Assembly: GCA_963666515.2 (NCBI GenBank)
Contig: OY762897.2
Location: 64,001-128,000 of the forward strand
Source: Candidatus Binatia bacterium
Lineage (GTDB): Bacteria; Desulfobacterota; Binatia; UBA9968; JAJDTQ01
Length of the DNA stretch: 64,000 nucleotides
Direction: 5' to 3'
Below, piece by piece: positions 11,113-19,763 of this stretch (positions are counted from its first letter, which is position 1; every line of letters starts with the position of its first letter). A program made the position numbers and the translations under genes. The notes under the pieces are model-generated. The model had not been told where the DNA came from. It ran no database searches and saw only the letters and a list, made by a program, of their open reading frames with translations.

Positions 11113-11808
11113 GTGCTGATGCCGCCCGATTCGGGATCGAACACGACCCACCACGACGACAAGCTGCAGCAGATTCTCGAGCATTCCGCCAGGATATTCG
11201 CGGAGAAGGGATTCGACGGAACTTCCATCCGCGAGATCAGCCGCGCCACGGGCATGAGCCTCGCCGGCCTCTACTACTATTTCCGCACCAAGGAGGAGCT
11301 GCTCTGCCTGATCCAGGAGCGCTGCCTCGTGACCTTGCTGGAGAACGGGCGGAAGATCGAGGAATCCGGCAAGACCCCCCGGGAGAAGATCGCGCTGTTC
11401 GTCCACAACCACCTGGGCTTCTTCCTGCACAACATGAACGAGATGAAGGTGATGTCCCGGGAGGACACCGCGCTGACCGCGGACTACGAGAAGCGCATCC
11501 TCGATCTCAAGCGGCGTTACGTGAAGGCGCTCGTCGACATGGTGGAGGAGCTTCAACGGCACGAGCAGGCCGCGAAGCTCGACGTGCGGGTGGCGGCGCT
11601 GGCGCTCTTCGGCATGATGAACTGGATCTACACCTGGTACAATCCCAAACGGGACCCGCCCCTCCGGCCCCTCATCGAGCAGATGCTTCAGATATTCTTC
11701 TTCGGCGTGCTGAGCCGGGACGGGGAGGGCACGGGCGTCCGGGACGGGCTCTTCCAGTCCTTCCTTCCGGGCGACAGGAGCTTCGGGTTGTGGCCGGGGT
11801 CCGTGTAA
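11113..11808 (+). CDS. TetR/AcrR family regulator (PaaR/KstR2-like)
   Basis: KGFDGTSIREIS..TGMS...LYYYFRTKEELL HTH; GMMNWIYTWY C-terminal motif; divergent from the CoA operon. Confidence 0.9.
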   Translation: MLMPPDSGSNTTHHDDKLQQILEHSARIFAEKGFDGTSIREISRATGMSLAGLYYYFRTKEELLCLIQERCLVTLLENGRKIEESGKTPREKIALFVHNHLGFFLHNMNEMKVMSREDTALTADYEKRILDLKRRYVKALVDMVEELQRHEQAAKLDVRVAALALFGMMNWIYTWYNPKRDPPLRPLIEQMLQIFFFGVLSRDGEGTGVRDGLFQSFLPGDRSFGLWPGSV

Positions 11809-11874
11809 GGGCGACCGCGGGTCGCCCCTACGTGCCCAGCGATGAACCCCGTAGGGGCGACCTGCGGTCGCCCT
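11805..11874. repeat. REP-like doublet (GTAG-type palindromes)
   Basis: GGGCGACCGCGGGTCGCCCCTAC, spacer, GTAGGGGCGACCTGCGGTCGCCCT; related copies at 25252 and 34168. Confidence 0.8.
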
Positions 11875-12502
11875 AGGCGGCGGCGCTGGGGCGGGCGCTG
11901 ACCCGCTCGTACCAGTCGGCGGCGTGGCGCAGCTCGGCGGGCAGGCTCATCTTGATCCAGCCCGCGAAGTCCACCGCGACCTGGGCGGTGATGTCGGCGA
12001 TGGTGTAGCGCTCGCCCGCGACGAAAGGACGGCCGGCGAGTTGCGCGTCGAGTTCGCGGAAGAACCGCTCCACTCGCGCGCGCCCGCGCTGCGCCAGCTC
12101 CGGGATCTGCGCGACGCTTTCCGGCCCGGTGAGCGCCCGGCCCGCCAGCCCCCTGGCCTGGTTGCGGAAGGCCTCGGTGACGGCCAGGAAGCCGTCGATC
12201 TCGAAGCGGTGCTCCCACATGGCCACCAGCGCCCGGTCACGCGCGTCCACGCCCATGAGCGGCGGCTCGGGATGGGCGTCCTCCAGGTACCGGCACACGG
12301 CCACCGCCTCGCTGATGGCGGTGCCGTCATCGAGCTCCAGCACCGGCACCGTGCACCACGGATTGAGCCGGCGGAACGCCTCCGTCAGGTGCTCCCCGTT
12401 GCGCAGGTCCACCTGCACGGTGGGGATGTCCAGGCCCTTCTCGGCGATGAAGATGCGCACCCGGCGCGGACTCGGCGCGGTCTGGCAGTCGTAGAACTTC
12501 AT
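11873..12502 (-). CDS. Glutathione S-transferase family protein
   Basis: MKFYDCQTAPSPRRVRIF, NPWCTVPVLELDDGTAISEA, YTIADI; real start 12502 lies inside a longer track ORF. Confidence 0.92.
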   Translation of the reverse strand: MKFYDCQTAPSPRRVRIFIAEKGLDIPTVQVDLRNGEHLTEAFRRLNPWCTVPVLELDDGTAISEAVAVCRYLEDAHPEPPLMGVDARDRALVAMWEHRFEIDGFLAVTEAFRNQARGLAGRALTGPESVAQIPELAQRGRARVERFFRELDAQLAGRPFVAGERYTIADITAQVAVDFAGWIKMSLPAELRHAADWYERVSARPSAAA

Positions 12503-12513
12503 GGTCGGTGTCC

Positions 12514-13812
12514 TCAACTCACGCTTCGAACCGGAATGCCGTAATGCTGCAGGGTGGTCTGCAGGGTCGGACGGCCGAGCCGGAGCCGCCCGTCGTTCAG
12601 CAGGTACGAGAACAGGTAGCCGGCGCCGAGCATCAGGATTCCTATCAGGAAGCAGTACATGACGGCGCGGTCGGGATACGAATCCTTCAGGTATCCCACG
12701 TAGAGCGGGCCGAAGATGCCGGCCGCGGCCCACGCGGTCAGCACCACGCCGTACATCCTGGACATCTTCTCGGTGCCGAAGACGTCCAGGATGTACGGCG
12801 GCATGGTGGCGAAACCGCCGCCGAAACACAGCAGCACGTAGCACACGAGCACCGAGAAGACCCACGGGTTCTCTTCGGTCATGAGGACTCCGAACACCAC
12901 CATCTGGCTGGCCAGCAGGATGCGGAAGACCTTGACCCGGCCGATGCGGTCGGACAGGAGGCCCCAGAACAGCCGTCCGACGCCGTTGCATACGGAGCTG
13001 GCGGCGATCAGCGTGGCGCCGTACTCGGCCAGCACCGCGGGCTCGACGGTGGGGTCGGCCAGACCCCAGACCTCCTGGAGCAGCTCCGACTGGAAGCTGA
13101 TGACGGAGATGCCGGCGGCGATGTTGAAGAAGAACACGGTCCACATGATGATGAACTGGCCGGAAGTGAGGTAGGGCAGGGTGGAGTCCGGCTCCTCGAC
13201 GTCGGCGCGCGTCACGGACGCGCCGACCTTCATCGGCGCCACCGGGTCGCTCAACATGAGGCTGCAAGGGACGAGAATGCTCGCGAATATGATGCCAAGC
13301 CACAGGAACACCAGGGCTAGGTCGCCCTCCGTGCGCACCACCAGGAAAGGCGCCAGCCCCTTGCTCAGGAGCAGCGCGCCCACGCCGAAGCCCATCACGA
13401 CGATGCCGGTGACCAGTCCCTTCATGTCGGGGAACCACTTGGCTACGGTCGCCACCGGGGTCACGTAGCCGAGCCCGATGCCCGCCCCGCCGATGACGCC
13501 GTACCCGATGTAGAAGAGCGGCAGGTGCTCCAGCCAGAGCGCGGCGCTCGCGATCACGTAACCGCCGGAGAACATCAGGCTGCCGGTAAGGGCGAGCCGC
13601 CGGGGTCCCAACCGGCCCAGCGCCGAGCCCGCCCACGCCGCGGACGTGCCGAGAGAGAAGATCGCGATGCTGAAGGCCCACGCCGTCTCCGTGTGGGTCC
13701 ATCCGGACTGGCGGACCAGCATGGTCTGAAAGAAGCTCCAGGCGTAGACGGTCCCGAAGCATATCTGCAGCATGGTGCAGAAGAGCGCGATGCCGATCCT
13801 TTGAATGCGCAC
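12514..13812 (-). CDS. OFA-family (oxalate/formate antiporter-like) MFS transporter
   Basis: GTVYAWS, GLGYVTPVATVAKWFPD.KG and FGGGFATMP motifs; about 12 TM segments. Confidence 0.88.
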   Translation of the reverse strand: MRIQRIGIALFCTMLQICFGTVYAWSFFQTMLVRQSGWTHTETAWAFSIAIFSLGTSAAWAGSALGRLGPRRLALTGSLMFSGGYVIASAALWLEHLPLFYIGYGVIGGAGIGLGYVTPVATVAKWFPDMKGLVTGIVVMGFGVGALLLSKGLAPFLVVRTEGDLALVFLWLGIIFASILVPCSLMLSDPVAPMKVGASVTRADVEEPDSTLPYLTSGQFIIMWTVFFFNIAAGISVISFQSELLQEVWGLADPTVEPAVLAEYGATLIAASSVCNGVGRLFWGLLSDRIGRVKVFRILLASQMVVFGVLMTEENPWVFSVLVCYVLLCFGGGFATMPPYILDVFGTEKMSRMYGVVLTAWAAAGIFGPLYVGYLKDSYPDRAVMYCFLIGILMLGAGYLFSYLLNDGRLRLGRPTLQTTLQHYGIPVRSVS

Positions 13813-13846
13813 CTCGAAAACCTCAGGGACCAGGTGGTTCGAACGG

Positions 13847-14599
13847 CTAACGAGCGCCCTCGGCCCCCGGCGGAGGCGACTCTCCGGATGCGGTCTCGCG
13901 CTGCGCCACGTGAAGCAGCAGCCGCGCCAACTCCCCGGCCTCGTCGTCGCGCGCGAGGATGCGCTCGTCCTGCTTTCCGTCCGGCTCCTCCTGCCTGGCC
14001 AGCTTCACGGCGAAGGCCAGCAGTTCTCCCAACGGCCTGGCGGCGAGGTTGACGAACCAGATGGAGCCCAGGACTCCCACCAGCAGCAGGATGGAGATGA
14101 GGTAGACCTGCTGGCCGATGGCCCGCTGGATCTTGAGGCCGATGACGTCCAGGTCCATGCCCACGTGCACGGTGCCGGCGAAACCCGCCAGGATCGGGCT
14201 GCCCACCTCCACGAACTCGCCCATTCCCGGCAGCGTGCGGTTCACCGCCTCGGTCTCATCGGGGTCGCTGTTGAGGATGACCTCGGGAATGCCGGGAACG
14301 AAGGTGTGGGCAAGGAATTCGCCCGTGTCGCTGGTGATGTAGACGTAGCGGATGCCCTGGATCTCCACGAACTGGTCGATGAGCGATTGGAGCGTGGCCA
14401 GATTGCGGTTGAGCAGGATGTCCACGCTGGCGTCGGCGATGGTCTTGGCGATGTTCCGGCTGTTGCTCTCGTACTCCGCCGACAGGTGGGTCTGGACGGT
14501 GTAGATGGTCAGCGCCGAGGTGGACAGCACGATCAGGCCGAAGAGCCCGAAGATGCCGAACTGGGTCTTCTGAAAGAGTTTCCTTATTTTCATGATCAC
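13847..14599 (-). CDS. Membrane protein with extracytoplasmic domain and C-terminal HAMP, no output domain
   Basis: TM, ~140-aa loop, TM, then RPLGEL...RDDEAGELAR; ends shortly after. Confidence 0.75.
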   Translation of the reverse strand: MIMKIRKLFQKTQFGIFGLFGLIVLSTSALTIYTVQTHLSAEYESNSRNIAKTIADASVDILLNRNLATLQSLIDQFVEIQGIRYVYITSDTGEFLAHTFVPGIPEVILNSDPDETEAVNRTLPGMGEFVEVGSPILAGFAGTVHVGMDLDVIGLKIQRAIGQQVYLISILLLVGVLGSIWFVNLAARPLGELLAFAVKLARQEEPDGKQDERILARDDEAGELARLLLHVAQRETASGESPPPGAEGAR

Positions 14600-15885
14600 C
14601 CGAACTTGGCCTTCCAGTCGTCCAGGGTGACGAACCGGCCGTCATCGACGACTGTGTAGTAGACCTTCTGCAGTCCCTGCCTGCGTTCCGGCCCGAAGGA
14701 TACCGCCTCGCCGATGCCCAGGTCATAGTCGCGCACCGAGAACACGGCCTCCTCCAGGCCCCCTCTGTCCGGCTTGCCCTTGAGGCGCCGGAGAATCTCC
14801 ACCAACAGCTTCGCGTCCAGGAACCCTTCCAGGCTGACGAAGCTGTGGGGAAACGGCTTGTAGGCCTCCTTTACCAGCTTCTTCGGCACCTGGGGGTCGT
14901 AGCGCGCCATCAGCTCGCGGTACTCCTTGACCGCCGGGATCGAGGTGTCCTCGTAGCTGGGCACCACCTGTGAGTTCACCAGGTACCGGGTGTAGGCATC
15001 GGCGTCCTCCTGACCCTCGGACAGCAGGTTGAGCAGGTTCTCGCTGCCGACGAAGGATAGGTTGGCGATGGGGACCCGCAGGCCCAGGTCGACGGCGTCG
15101 CGGGCAAAGCCGGCGCACGCGGCGTAGGCGCCGACGCAGATCACGGCGTCGGGAGAGGCCTTCTTGAGGATCTCCACCTGGGCCCGGAAGCTGCCGGTGA
15201 ACCGCGACCCCCGGCGGTAGGTGGCCTCGCCGGCGATCTCGAAGCCGTGCCGGGCCAGGGCCGCCCGCACGCCCGCCCAGCCGCTACGGCCGTAGGCATC
15301 GGCCTGGTAGAACATGGCGATGCGTTGCCGGCCGATGCCGACGAAGTTGTTCACGAGGCCGGCGGTCTCCTGGCGGTAGGAGGCCCGCAGGTTGAAGGCG
15401 AAGTCGCCGTAGGGCGGCTCCCGCTGGGGCTGGGCGCCGGTGAAGGGGAAGAACAGGTAGACCCGTTGGGCCTGGAACTTCTTCAGCATCGGCAGCACGC
15501 GGGTGACGGTGGGGGTGCCCACGTAGCCGAAGAGCAGAAAGACCTGGTCCTCCAGCATGAGCTTCACGGTGTTCTCGACGCAGGGGTCCGGCTGGTAGCC
15601 GTCGTCGTAGAGCCTGAGGGAGATCTTGCGGCCGTTGACGCCGCCGTTCTCGTTGACGTGGTTGAAGTAGGACTTGGCGCCGCGATACAGCTCGGTGCCC
15701 AGGCCGCGGGAGGGACCGGAGAACGCGGCGGACACTCCCAGCACGATCTCGCCGCCGGGTCCGATGCCTCTCACCGCGGCGGCTCGGGCGCCCGCGTTCG
15801 AGGAGTGGAGCCAGGGCGGCGCCAGCACTGCCGCCAGTCCCGCGCCGAGCACCTGTCTGCGCGTCAGATGAGTCCTGGTACGCAT
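14596..15885 (-). CDS. Periplasmic binding protein (LivJ/LivK-like fold), Tat signal
   Basis: LTRRQVL Tat motif; GGVNGRKI..YDDGYQP and GYVGTPT motifs; start 15885. Confidence 0.88.
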   Translation of the reverse strand: MRTRTHLTRRQVLGAGLAAVLAPPWLHSSNAGARAAAVRGIGPGGEIVLGVSAAFSGPSRGLGTELYRGAKSYFNHVNENGGVNGRKISLRLYDDGYQPDPCVENTVKLMLEDQVFLLFGYVGTPTVTRVLPMLKKFQAQRVYLFFPFTGAQPQREPPYGDFAFNLRASYRQETAGLVNNFVGIGRQRIAMFYQADAYGRSGWAGVRAALARHGFEIAGEATYRRGSRFTGSFRAQVEILKKASPDAVICVGAYAACAGFARDAVDLGLRVPIANLSFVGSENLLNLLSEGQEDADAYTRYLVNSQVVPSYEDTSIPAVKEYRELMARYDPQVPKKLVKEAYKPFPHSFVSLEGFLDAKLLVEILRRLKGKPDRGGLEEAVFSVRDYDLGIGEAVSFGPERRQGLQKVYYTVVDDGRFVTLDDWKAKFG

Positions 15886-15899
15886 GCCGTTGGGGCTCC

Positions 15900-16790
15900 T
15901 CACGTTCCGCTGCGGAAGGAGCGCAGCAGCTCCAGGGTTTCCTGGTCTTCCTTCAGGTCCTTGCCCTTGGGGGTTTCGAGGCACATGGGGAGGCCGAAGA
16001 AACGCTTGTCGTTCATCAGCAGGCGGAACGGCTCCACGTCGATGTGCCCCTTGCCGATGATCTCGTGGCGGTCCACCCGGCAGTCGAGTTCCTTCTTCGA
16101 GTCGTTCAGGTGGAAGGCGGCCAGGAGCTTGACGCCGATGGCCTCGTCGAACTCGGTAAAGGTCCGCTCGTAGCCTTCGCGGGTGCGGATGTCGTAGCCG
16201 GCGGCGAAGGCGTGCTGGGTGTCGAAGCACACCCTCAGCCGGTCGCTCTCCCTGGCGCTGTCGATGATGTTGCGGATGTGCTCGAAGCGGTAGCCCAGGT
16301 TGGTGCCCTGTCCGGCGGTGATCTCCAGCGCCACGCGCACCTTGAAGCCCGCGCAGCGCCGGTGGATCGCGTCCAGGGAGCGCGCGATGGTGCGCAGGCC
16401 GGCGCGTTCGCCGGCGCCGGTGTGGGCGCCCGGATGGGCGATGAGGCAGGGGATGGCCAGGGCCTCGCACCGCTCCATCTCGTCCACGAAGGCTGTGATG
16501 GACTTCTGCCGCAGGTCCTTGTCCGGCGCGCCGAGGTTCAGCAGGTAGGAGTCGTGGGCCACCACCGTATGGACCCCGCTGGCCTCCTGCGTCTCCTTGA
16601 AGGCCCGGATGTCGTCGTCGCTCAGGGGCGCGGCGGCCCACTGCCGCGAGGACTTGGTGAAGATCTGGATAGCTTCGCAACCCACGCTGTCGCCGGCGTG
16701 CAGCGCATTGTGGACCCCGCCGGCGATGGACATGTGGGCTCCCAGCAGGGGGCGGTCCCTGGGCTTCTTCTTCCGGGGCGTGGACGCCAT
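15900..16790 (-). CDS. nfo: Endonuclease IV
   Basis: GAHMSIAGG, HDSYLLNL, HPG, EITAGQG, CFDTQHAFAAGYD, HLNDSK, DRHE, ETP. Confidence 0.96.
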   Translation of the reverse strand: MASTPRKKKPRDRPLLGAHMSIAGGVHNALHAGDSVGCEAIQIFTKSSRQWAAAPLSDDDIRAFKETQEASGVHTVVAHDSYLLNLGAPDKDLRQKSITAFVDEMERCEALAIPCLIAHPGAHTGAGERAGLRTIARSLDAIHRRCAGFKVRVALEITAGQGTNLGYRFEHIRNIIDSARESDRLRVCFDTQHAFAAGYDIRTREGYERTFTEFDEAIGVKLLAAFHLNDSKKELDCRVDRHEIIGKGHIDVEPFRLLMNDKRFFGLPMCLETPKGKDLKEDQETLELLRSFRSGT

Positions 16791-16904
16791 GGCTGCATAT
16801 GTACCACAAGGACGCCGCCCACTTCACCCCGAAGACGGGCGGAATGTTGCCACGCGGGCCGGATTGCAGTATTTCAAGACGACGCCGAGCAAGGAGGGAC
16901 TACG

Positions 16905-17312
16905 ATGGCCAACTGGCTGCTCAAGACCGAACCCAGCGTTTATTCCTTCGCCGACCTGCAGCGGGACAAGTCCACGATCTGGGACGGCATCAAGAATAAC
17001 CTGGCGCTCAAGCACCTCAAGACCGTGAAGAAGGGCGACCGCTGCATCATCTACCACACCGGCGGCGAACGGATCTGCGTCGGCCTCGGCACCGCCACCA
17101 CCGGCGCCTATCCCGATCCCGAGAAGGACGACCCCAGGCTCCTGGTGTTCGACATCAAGGTGGGCAGGGCGCTGAAGCGCGAGGTGTCGCTGGCCGAAAT
17201 GAAGCTCAACCCCAAGCTGGAAGGTTTCGACCTGTTCAGGCTAGGCCGGCTGTCCTTCGTGCCGGTGAGCGACGCCCATTACGACGAGATCCTGGAGATG
17301 GCCAAGGGCTGA
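16905..17312 (+). CDS. EVE domain protein
   Basis: WLLKTEP..YS, WDGIKN, YHTG, AYPDP, RLSFVPV; RBS AGGAGG upstream. Confidence 0.92.
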   Translation: MANWLLKTEPSVYSFADLQRDKSTIWDGIKNNLALKHLKTVKKGDRCIIYHTGGERICVGLGTATTGAYPDPEKDDPRLLVFDIKVGRALKREVSLAEMKLNPKLEGFDLFRLGRLSFVPVSDAHYDEILEMAKG

Positions 17313-17358
17313 CACCGCGCCGGCCTGGCCGTCGCGTGCCGCCCGCAGGAGAGAAACC

Positions 17359-17625
17359 ATGAAAAAGGCAGACTTCCGCCAGTTCTACCGCGATGCCCAC
17401 GCCGTCGAGTGCCTCAGCGAGCGGGAGAAGATATTCCTCGGCCTCGCCGTCGCCATGACGCGCAACTGCGATCCCTGAGTGGACCGCCGCCTTGCGGACG
17501 CAAGGAAAGCAGGGATCCTCGAGGAGGACCTTGACGCCGCGGTGGACGTCATCGCCGCGGTGGACGCGGGGATTCTGCAGTCGCTGAACCAGCGCATCAA
17601 GCAGCGGCACAAGGAGCGGGAATAA
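17359..17625 (+). CDS. AhpD/carboxymuconolactone decarboxylase-like selenoprotein (CxxU), 88 aa
   Basis: RBS AGGAG; MKKADFRQFY...LSEREKIFLGLAVAMTRNCDP-TGA(17476-8)-VDRRLADARKAGILEEDL...TAA; CMD-type pattern on both sides of the TGA. Confidence 0.85.
17479..17505 (+). promoter_or_regulatory. Bacterial SECIS-like hairpin
   Basis: 11-nt spacer after TGA, then stem CCTTGC/GCAAGG (17490-17505) with loop GGAC starting with G. Confidence 0.75.
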
Positions 17626-17693
17626 CCTGTCCGTGGCGGCCCCCGCGTTGTTGAAACCCGCCCTCCAAGGTGGTAAATGTCAAGGTCCACAGT

Positions 17694-17770
17694 GGTCGCA
17701 TAGCTCAGTCGGCTAGAGCGCTTGCCTCACATGCAAGAGGCCGCAGGTTCGAGTCCTGCTGCGACCACCA
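17694..17770 (+). tRNA. tRNA-Val(CAC)
   Basis: Acceptor GGTCGCA/TGCGACC, D arm GCTC/GAGC, anticodon arm CTTGC-CTCACAT-GCAAG, T arm GCAGG-TTCGAGT-CCTGC, encoded CCA. Confidence 0.97.
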
Positions 17771-17817
17771 TCACTCCCACAAGTGACGCACCCTCTTGAC
17801 CAAAGGCCTCATCGGCC

Positions 17818-17851
17818 TTGACATCCGGGTTAGTACTATTATAGATACTAT
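17818..17851 (+). promoter_or_regulatory. hicAB promoter with palindromic operator
   Basis: TTGACA at 17818; AT-rich imperfect palindrome TAGTACTAT-T-ATAGATACTA (17831-17850). Confidence 0.55.
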
Positions 17852-17853
17852 TC

Positions 17854-18093
17854 GTGTCGTCCTTGGAAAGCCTTCGTCGGAATCCAACAGGGGTCAGATA
17901 TGCTGACTTGGTCAAGATTTGCGACCACTACTTCGGTGAGCCGCGCCAGAAGGGCAGCAGTCATCGGGTGTACCGTACCCCTTGGCTCGGAGACCCTAGA
18001 GTAAACATCCAGAAGGACAAAGGAATGGCGAAGGCCTATCAGGTTCGTCAGGTAATCAAGGCGATAGAGAAACTGGAGGCTCAAGATGGTTGA
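17854..18093 (+). CDS. hicA: HicA-family toxin
   Basis: NPTGVRYADL...FGEPRQKGSSHRVY..PW.GDPRVNIQ...AKAYQVRQV. Confidence 0.88.
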   Translation: MSSLESLRRNPTGVRYADLVKICDHYFGEPRQKGSSHRVYRTPWLGDPRVNIQKDKGMAKAYQVRQVIKAIEKLEAQDG

Positions 18094-18409
18094 ACGCTAT
18101 ACGTACCGTATCACTTGGTCCCCGGAAGACGGTGAGCACGTCGCCTTGTGCGTTGAGTTTCCATCGTTGAGTTGGCTGGCGCCCACTCCGGACAAGGCAC
18201 TGGCAGGAATCCGCAGGTTGGTGGCCGACATCTTGAAGGACATGCGAGCCACCGGAGAAAAACCGCCGGAGCCGCTGGCGGCCCGTATCTACAGCGGAAA
18301 ATTCGTAGTGCGGGTTCCACCGGAAATGCATCGCCAACTGGCCCTTCAAGCAGCAGAAGAGGGTGTAAGTCTGAATCGGTTGGTGAACGCGCGGCTGGCC
18401 GGACCGTGA
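18086..18409 (+). CDS. hicB: HicB-family antitoxin (RHH)
   Basis: YTYRITWSPEDGEHV, YSGKFVVRVPPEMHRQLA..AAEEGVSLN. Confidence 0.92.
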   Translation: MVERYTYRITWSPEDGEHVALCVEFPSLSWLAPTPDKALAGIRRLVADILKDMRATGEKPPEPLAARIYSGKFVVRVPPEMHRQLALQAAEEGVSLNRLVNARLAGP

Positions 18410-18548
18410 CCGCGCGATATGGTCGGACCCTTGGAGACAGCTCGTGGTGAACAGTTGCACGCGCGCAACCGCGCACGCATCGGTGGAACTTGCACCGCGA
18501 GAATTCACGGGTTAATTTCGGGGCAACTTGCGCCTCGGAGGACAGGAC

Positions 18549-19709
18549 ATGAGTACTGATTTGAAGATGTTTCTGTTGACCGCCGACAACCTGGTGCGGT
18601 GCCACTGGGACGGCCGCTCCAGACAGGTGGACGTGCTGGATCGGGTGCTGGAGGGCGAGGTGCTGCGGGAGGTGGCTCGAGACGCGGGGGATACGGACCG
18701 GCTGTATGCCGCGACGGGCACCGAGGTGCACGTGAGCGAAGACGGCGGCGAGAGTTGGAAGTGGATCCCGTCCGGCGGCCTGGATTACCGGGATATCTGG
18801 ACCATGCAGCCGCATCCCACCCGGCCCGGTGAGATCTACGTGGGCACGCTGCCCGCGGCGGTGTACGTGAGCGAAAACGGCGGGCGCTCGTTCCGTGAAT
18901 TGACGGCCTTCCGCAAGATCGAGGACTACGCCCGCTGGACTTTTCCGCCGCCGCCCCACACGCCGCACATCCGCTGCATCGTGCTGGACGGCCGGGTGCC
19001 GGACGAGATTGTCGTGGGGGTCGAGGAAGGCGGCGTGGTGCGGAGCCGCGACCGCGGCGAGACCTGGGAGGACATCAGCGGTCCGGGGAGCGGCGCGGCC
19101 TACCCGGAGGTCAACGACCCGTCGGGCGTGCTGCCCTACCAGATGGGCGCCCACGAGGACGGCCGCGTCTATCGCGACGTCCATTGGGTGATGCGGGATC
19201 CCGCGAGCCTCGATACGCTGTACGCCACCACCGGCATCGGCACCTACCGCACCGACGACGGCGGCGCATCCTGGCGCAAGCTGGAATACGACATGGGGCG
19301 ATCCTACGCCATTCCCTTCGACATCCACCCCAACGCCCCGGAGCGCATCTTTCTGGGCGCGGCCGAGAACGGTCCGACCTCCTGGAAGGGTTACCGGACG
19401 GTCCGCCCGGGACCGTACAACACCATCCGCTTCAGCCGCGACACCTCGGAGGAGCTGGGGGGCGCCAAGTCCGCCATCCTGCGCAGCGACGACCGCGGGG
19501 CGTCGTGGCGCAAGCTCGAAGGCGGTCTGCCCCTTGGCCACGCCCACATGACGAGCTGCGTGGCGGTGCACCCCGGCGATCCCGACACCGTGGTCATCGG
19601 CTACACCGACGGGTCGGTGTACGCCAGTCACGACGCCGGCGAGGCGTGGGAGAGGCTGGAACTGCCCGAGACGCGGCTGTACGGGGTGCGGCTGCTGTCC
19701 GATTCCTGA
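18549..19709 (+). CDS. BNR/Asp-box beta-propeller protein
   Basis: Repeated S-x-D-x-G-x-S/T-W Asp boxes; start chosen at the ATG after GGAGG. Confidence 0.8.
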   Translation: MSTDLKMFLLTADNLVRCHWDGRSRQVDVLDRVLEGEVLREVARDAGDTDRLYAATGTEVHVSEDGGESWKWIPSGGLDYRDIWTMQPHPTRPGEIYVGTLPAAVYVSENGGRSFRELTAFRKIEDYARWTFPPPPHTPHIRCIVLDGRVPDEIVVGVEEGGVVRSRDRGETWEDISGPGSGAAYPEVNDPSGVLPYQMGAHEDGRVYRDVHWVMRDPASLDTLYATTGIGTYRTDDGGASWRKLEYDMGRSYAIPFDIHPNAPERIFLGAAENGPTSWKGYRTVRPGPYNTIRFSRDTSEELGGAKSAILRSDDRGASWRKLEGGLPLGHAHMTSCVAVHPGDPDTVVIGYTDGSVYASHDAGEAWERLELPETRLYGVRLLSDS

Positions 19710-19721
19710 TCTACACTGAAC

Positions 19722-19749
19722 GAAGCGGACGGGGCTCCCCGTCCGCTTC
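19722..19749. terminator. Hairpin between convergent genes
   Basis: GAAGCGGACGGGG-CT-CCCCGTCCGCTTC. Confidence 0.7.
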
Positions 19750-19763
19750 TTGGCCAAGTATCT

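Noticed and set aside
11873-16827. Long track ORFs 11873-13762 (629 aa), 14596-16827 (743 aa) and 16044-17312 as fusion proteins
   Set aside because: The N-terminal extensions overlap real genes in other frames; true starts are 12502, 15885 and 16905
17359-17625. Pseudogene interpretation of the TGA-interrupted ORF
   Set aside because: The TGA falls exactly at the redox Cys position and is followed by a correctly spaced SECIS-like hairpin
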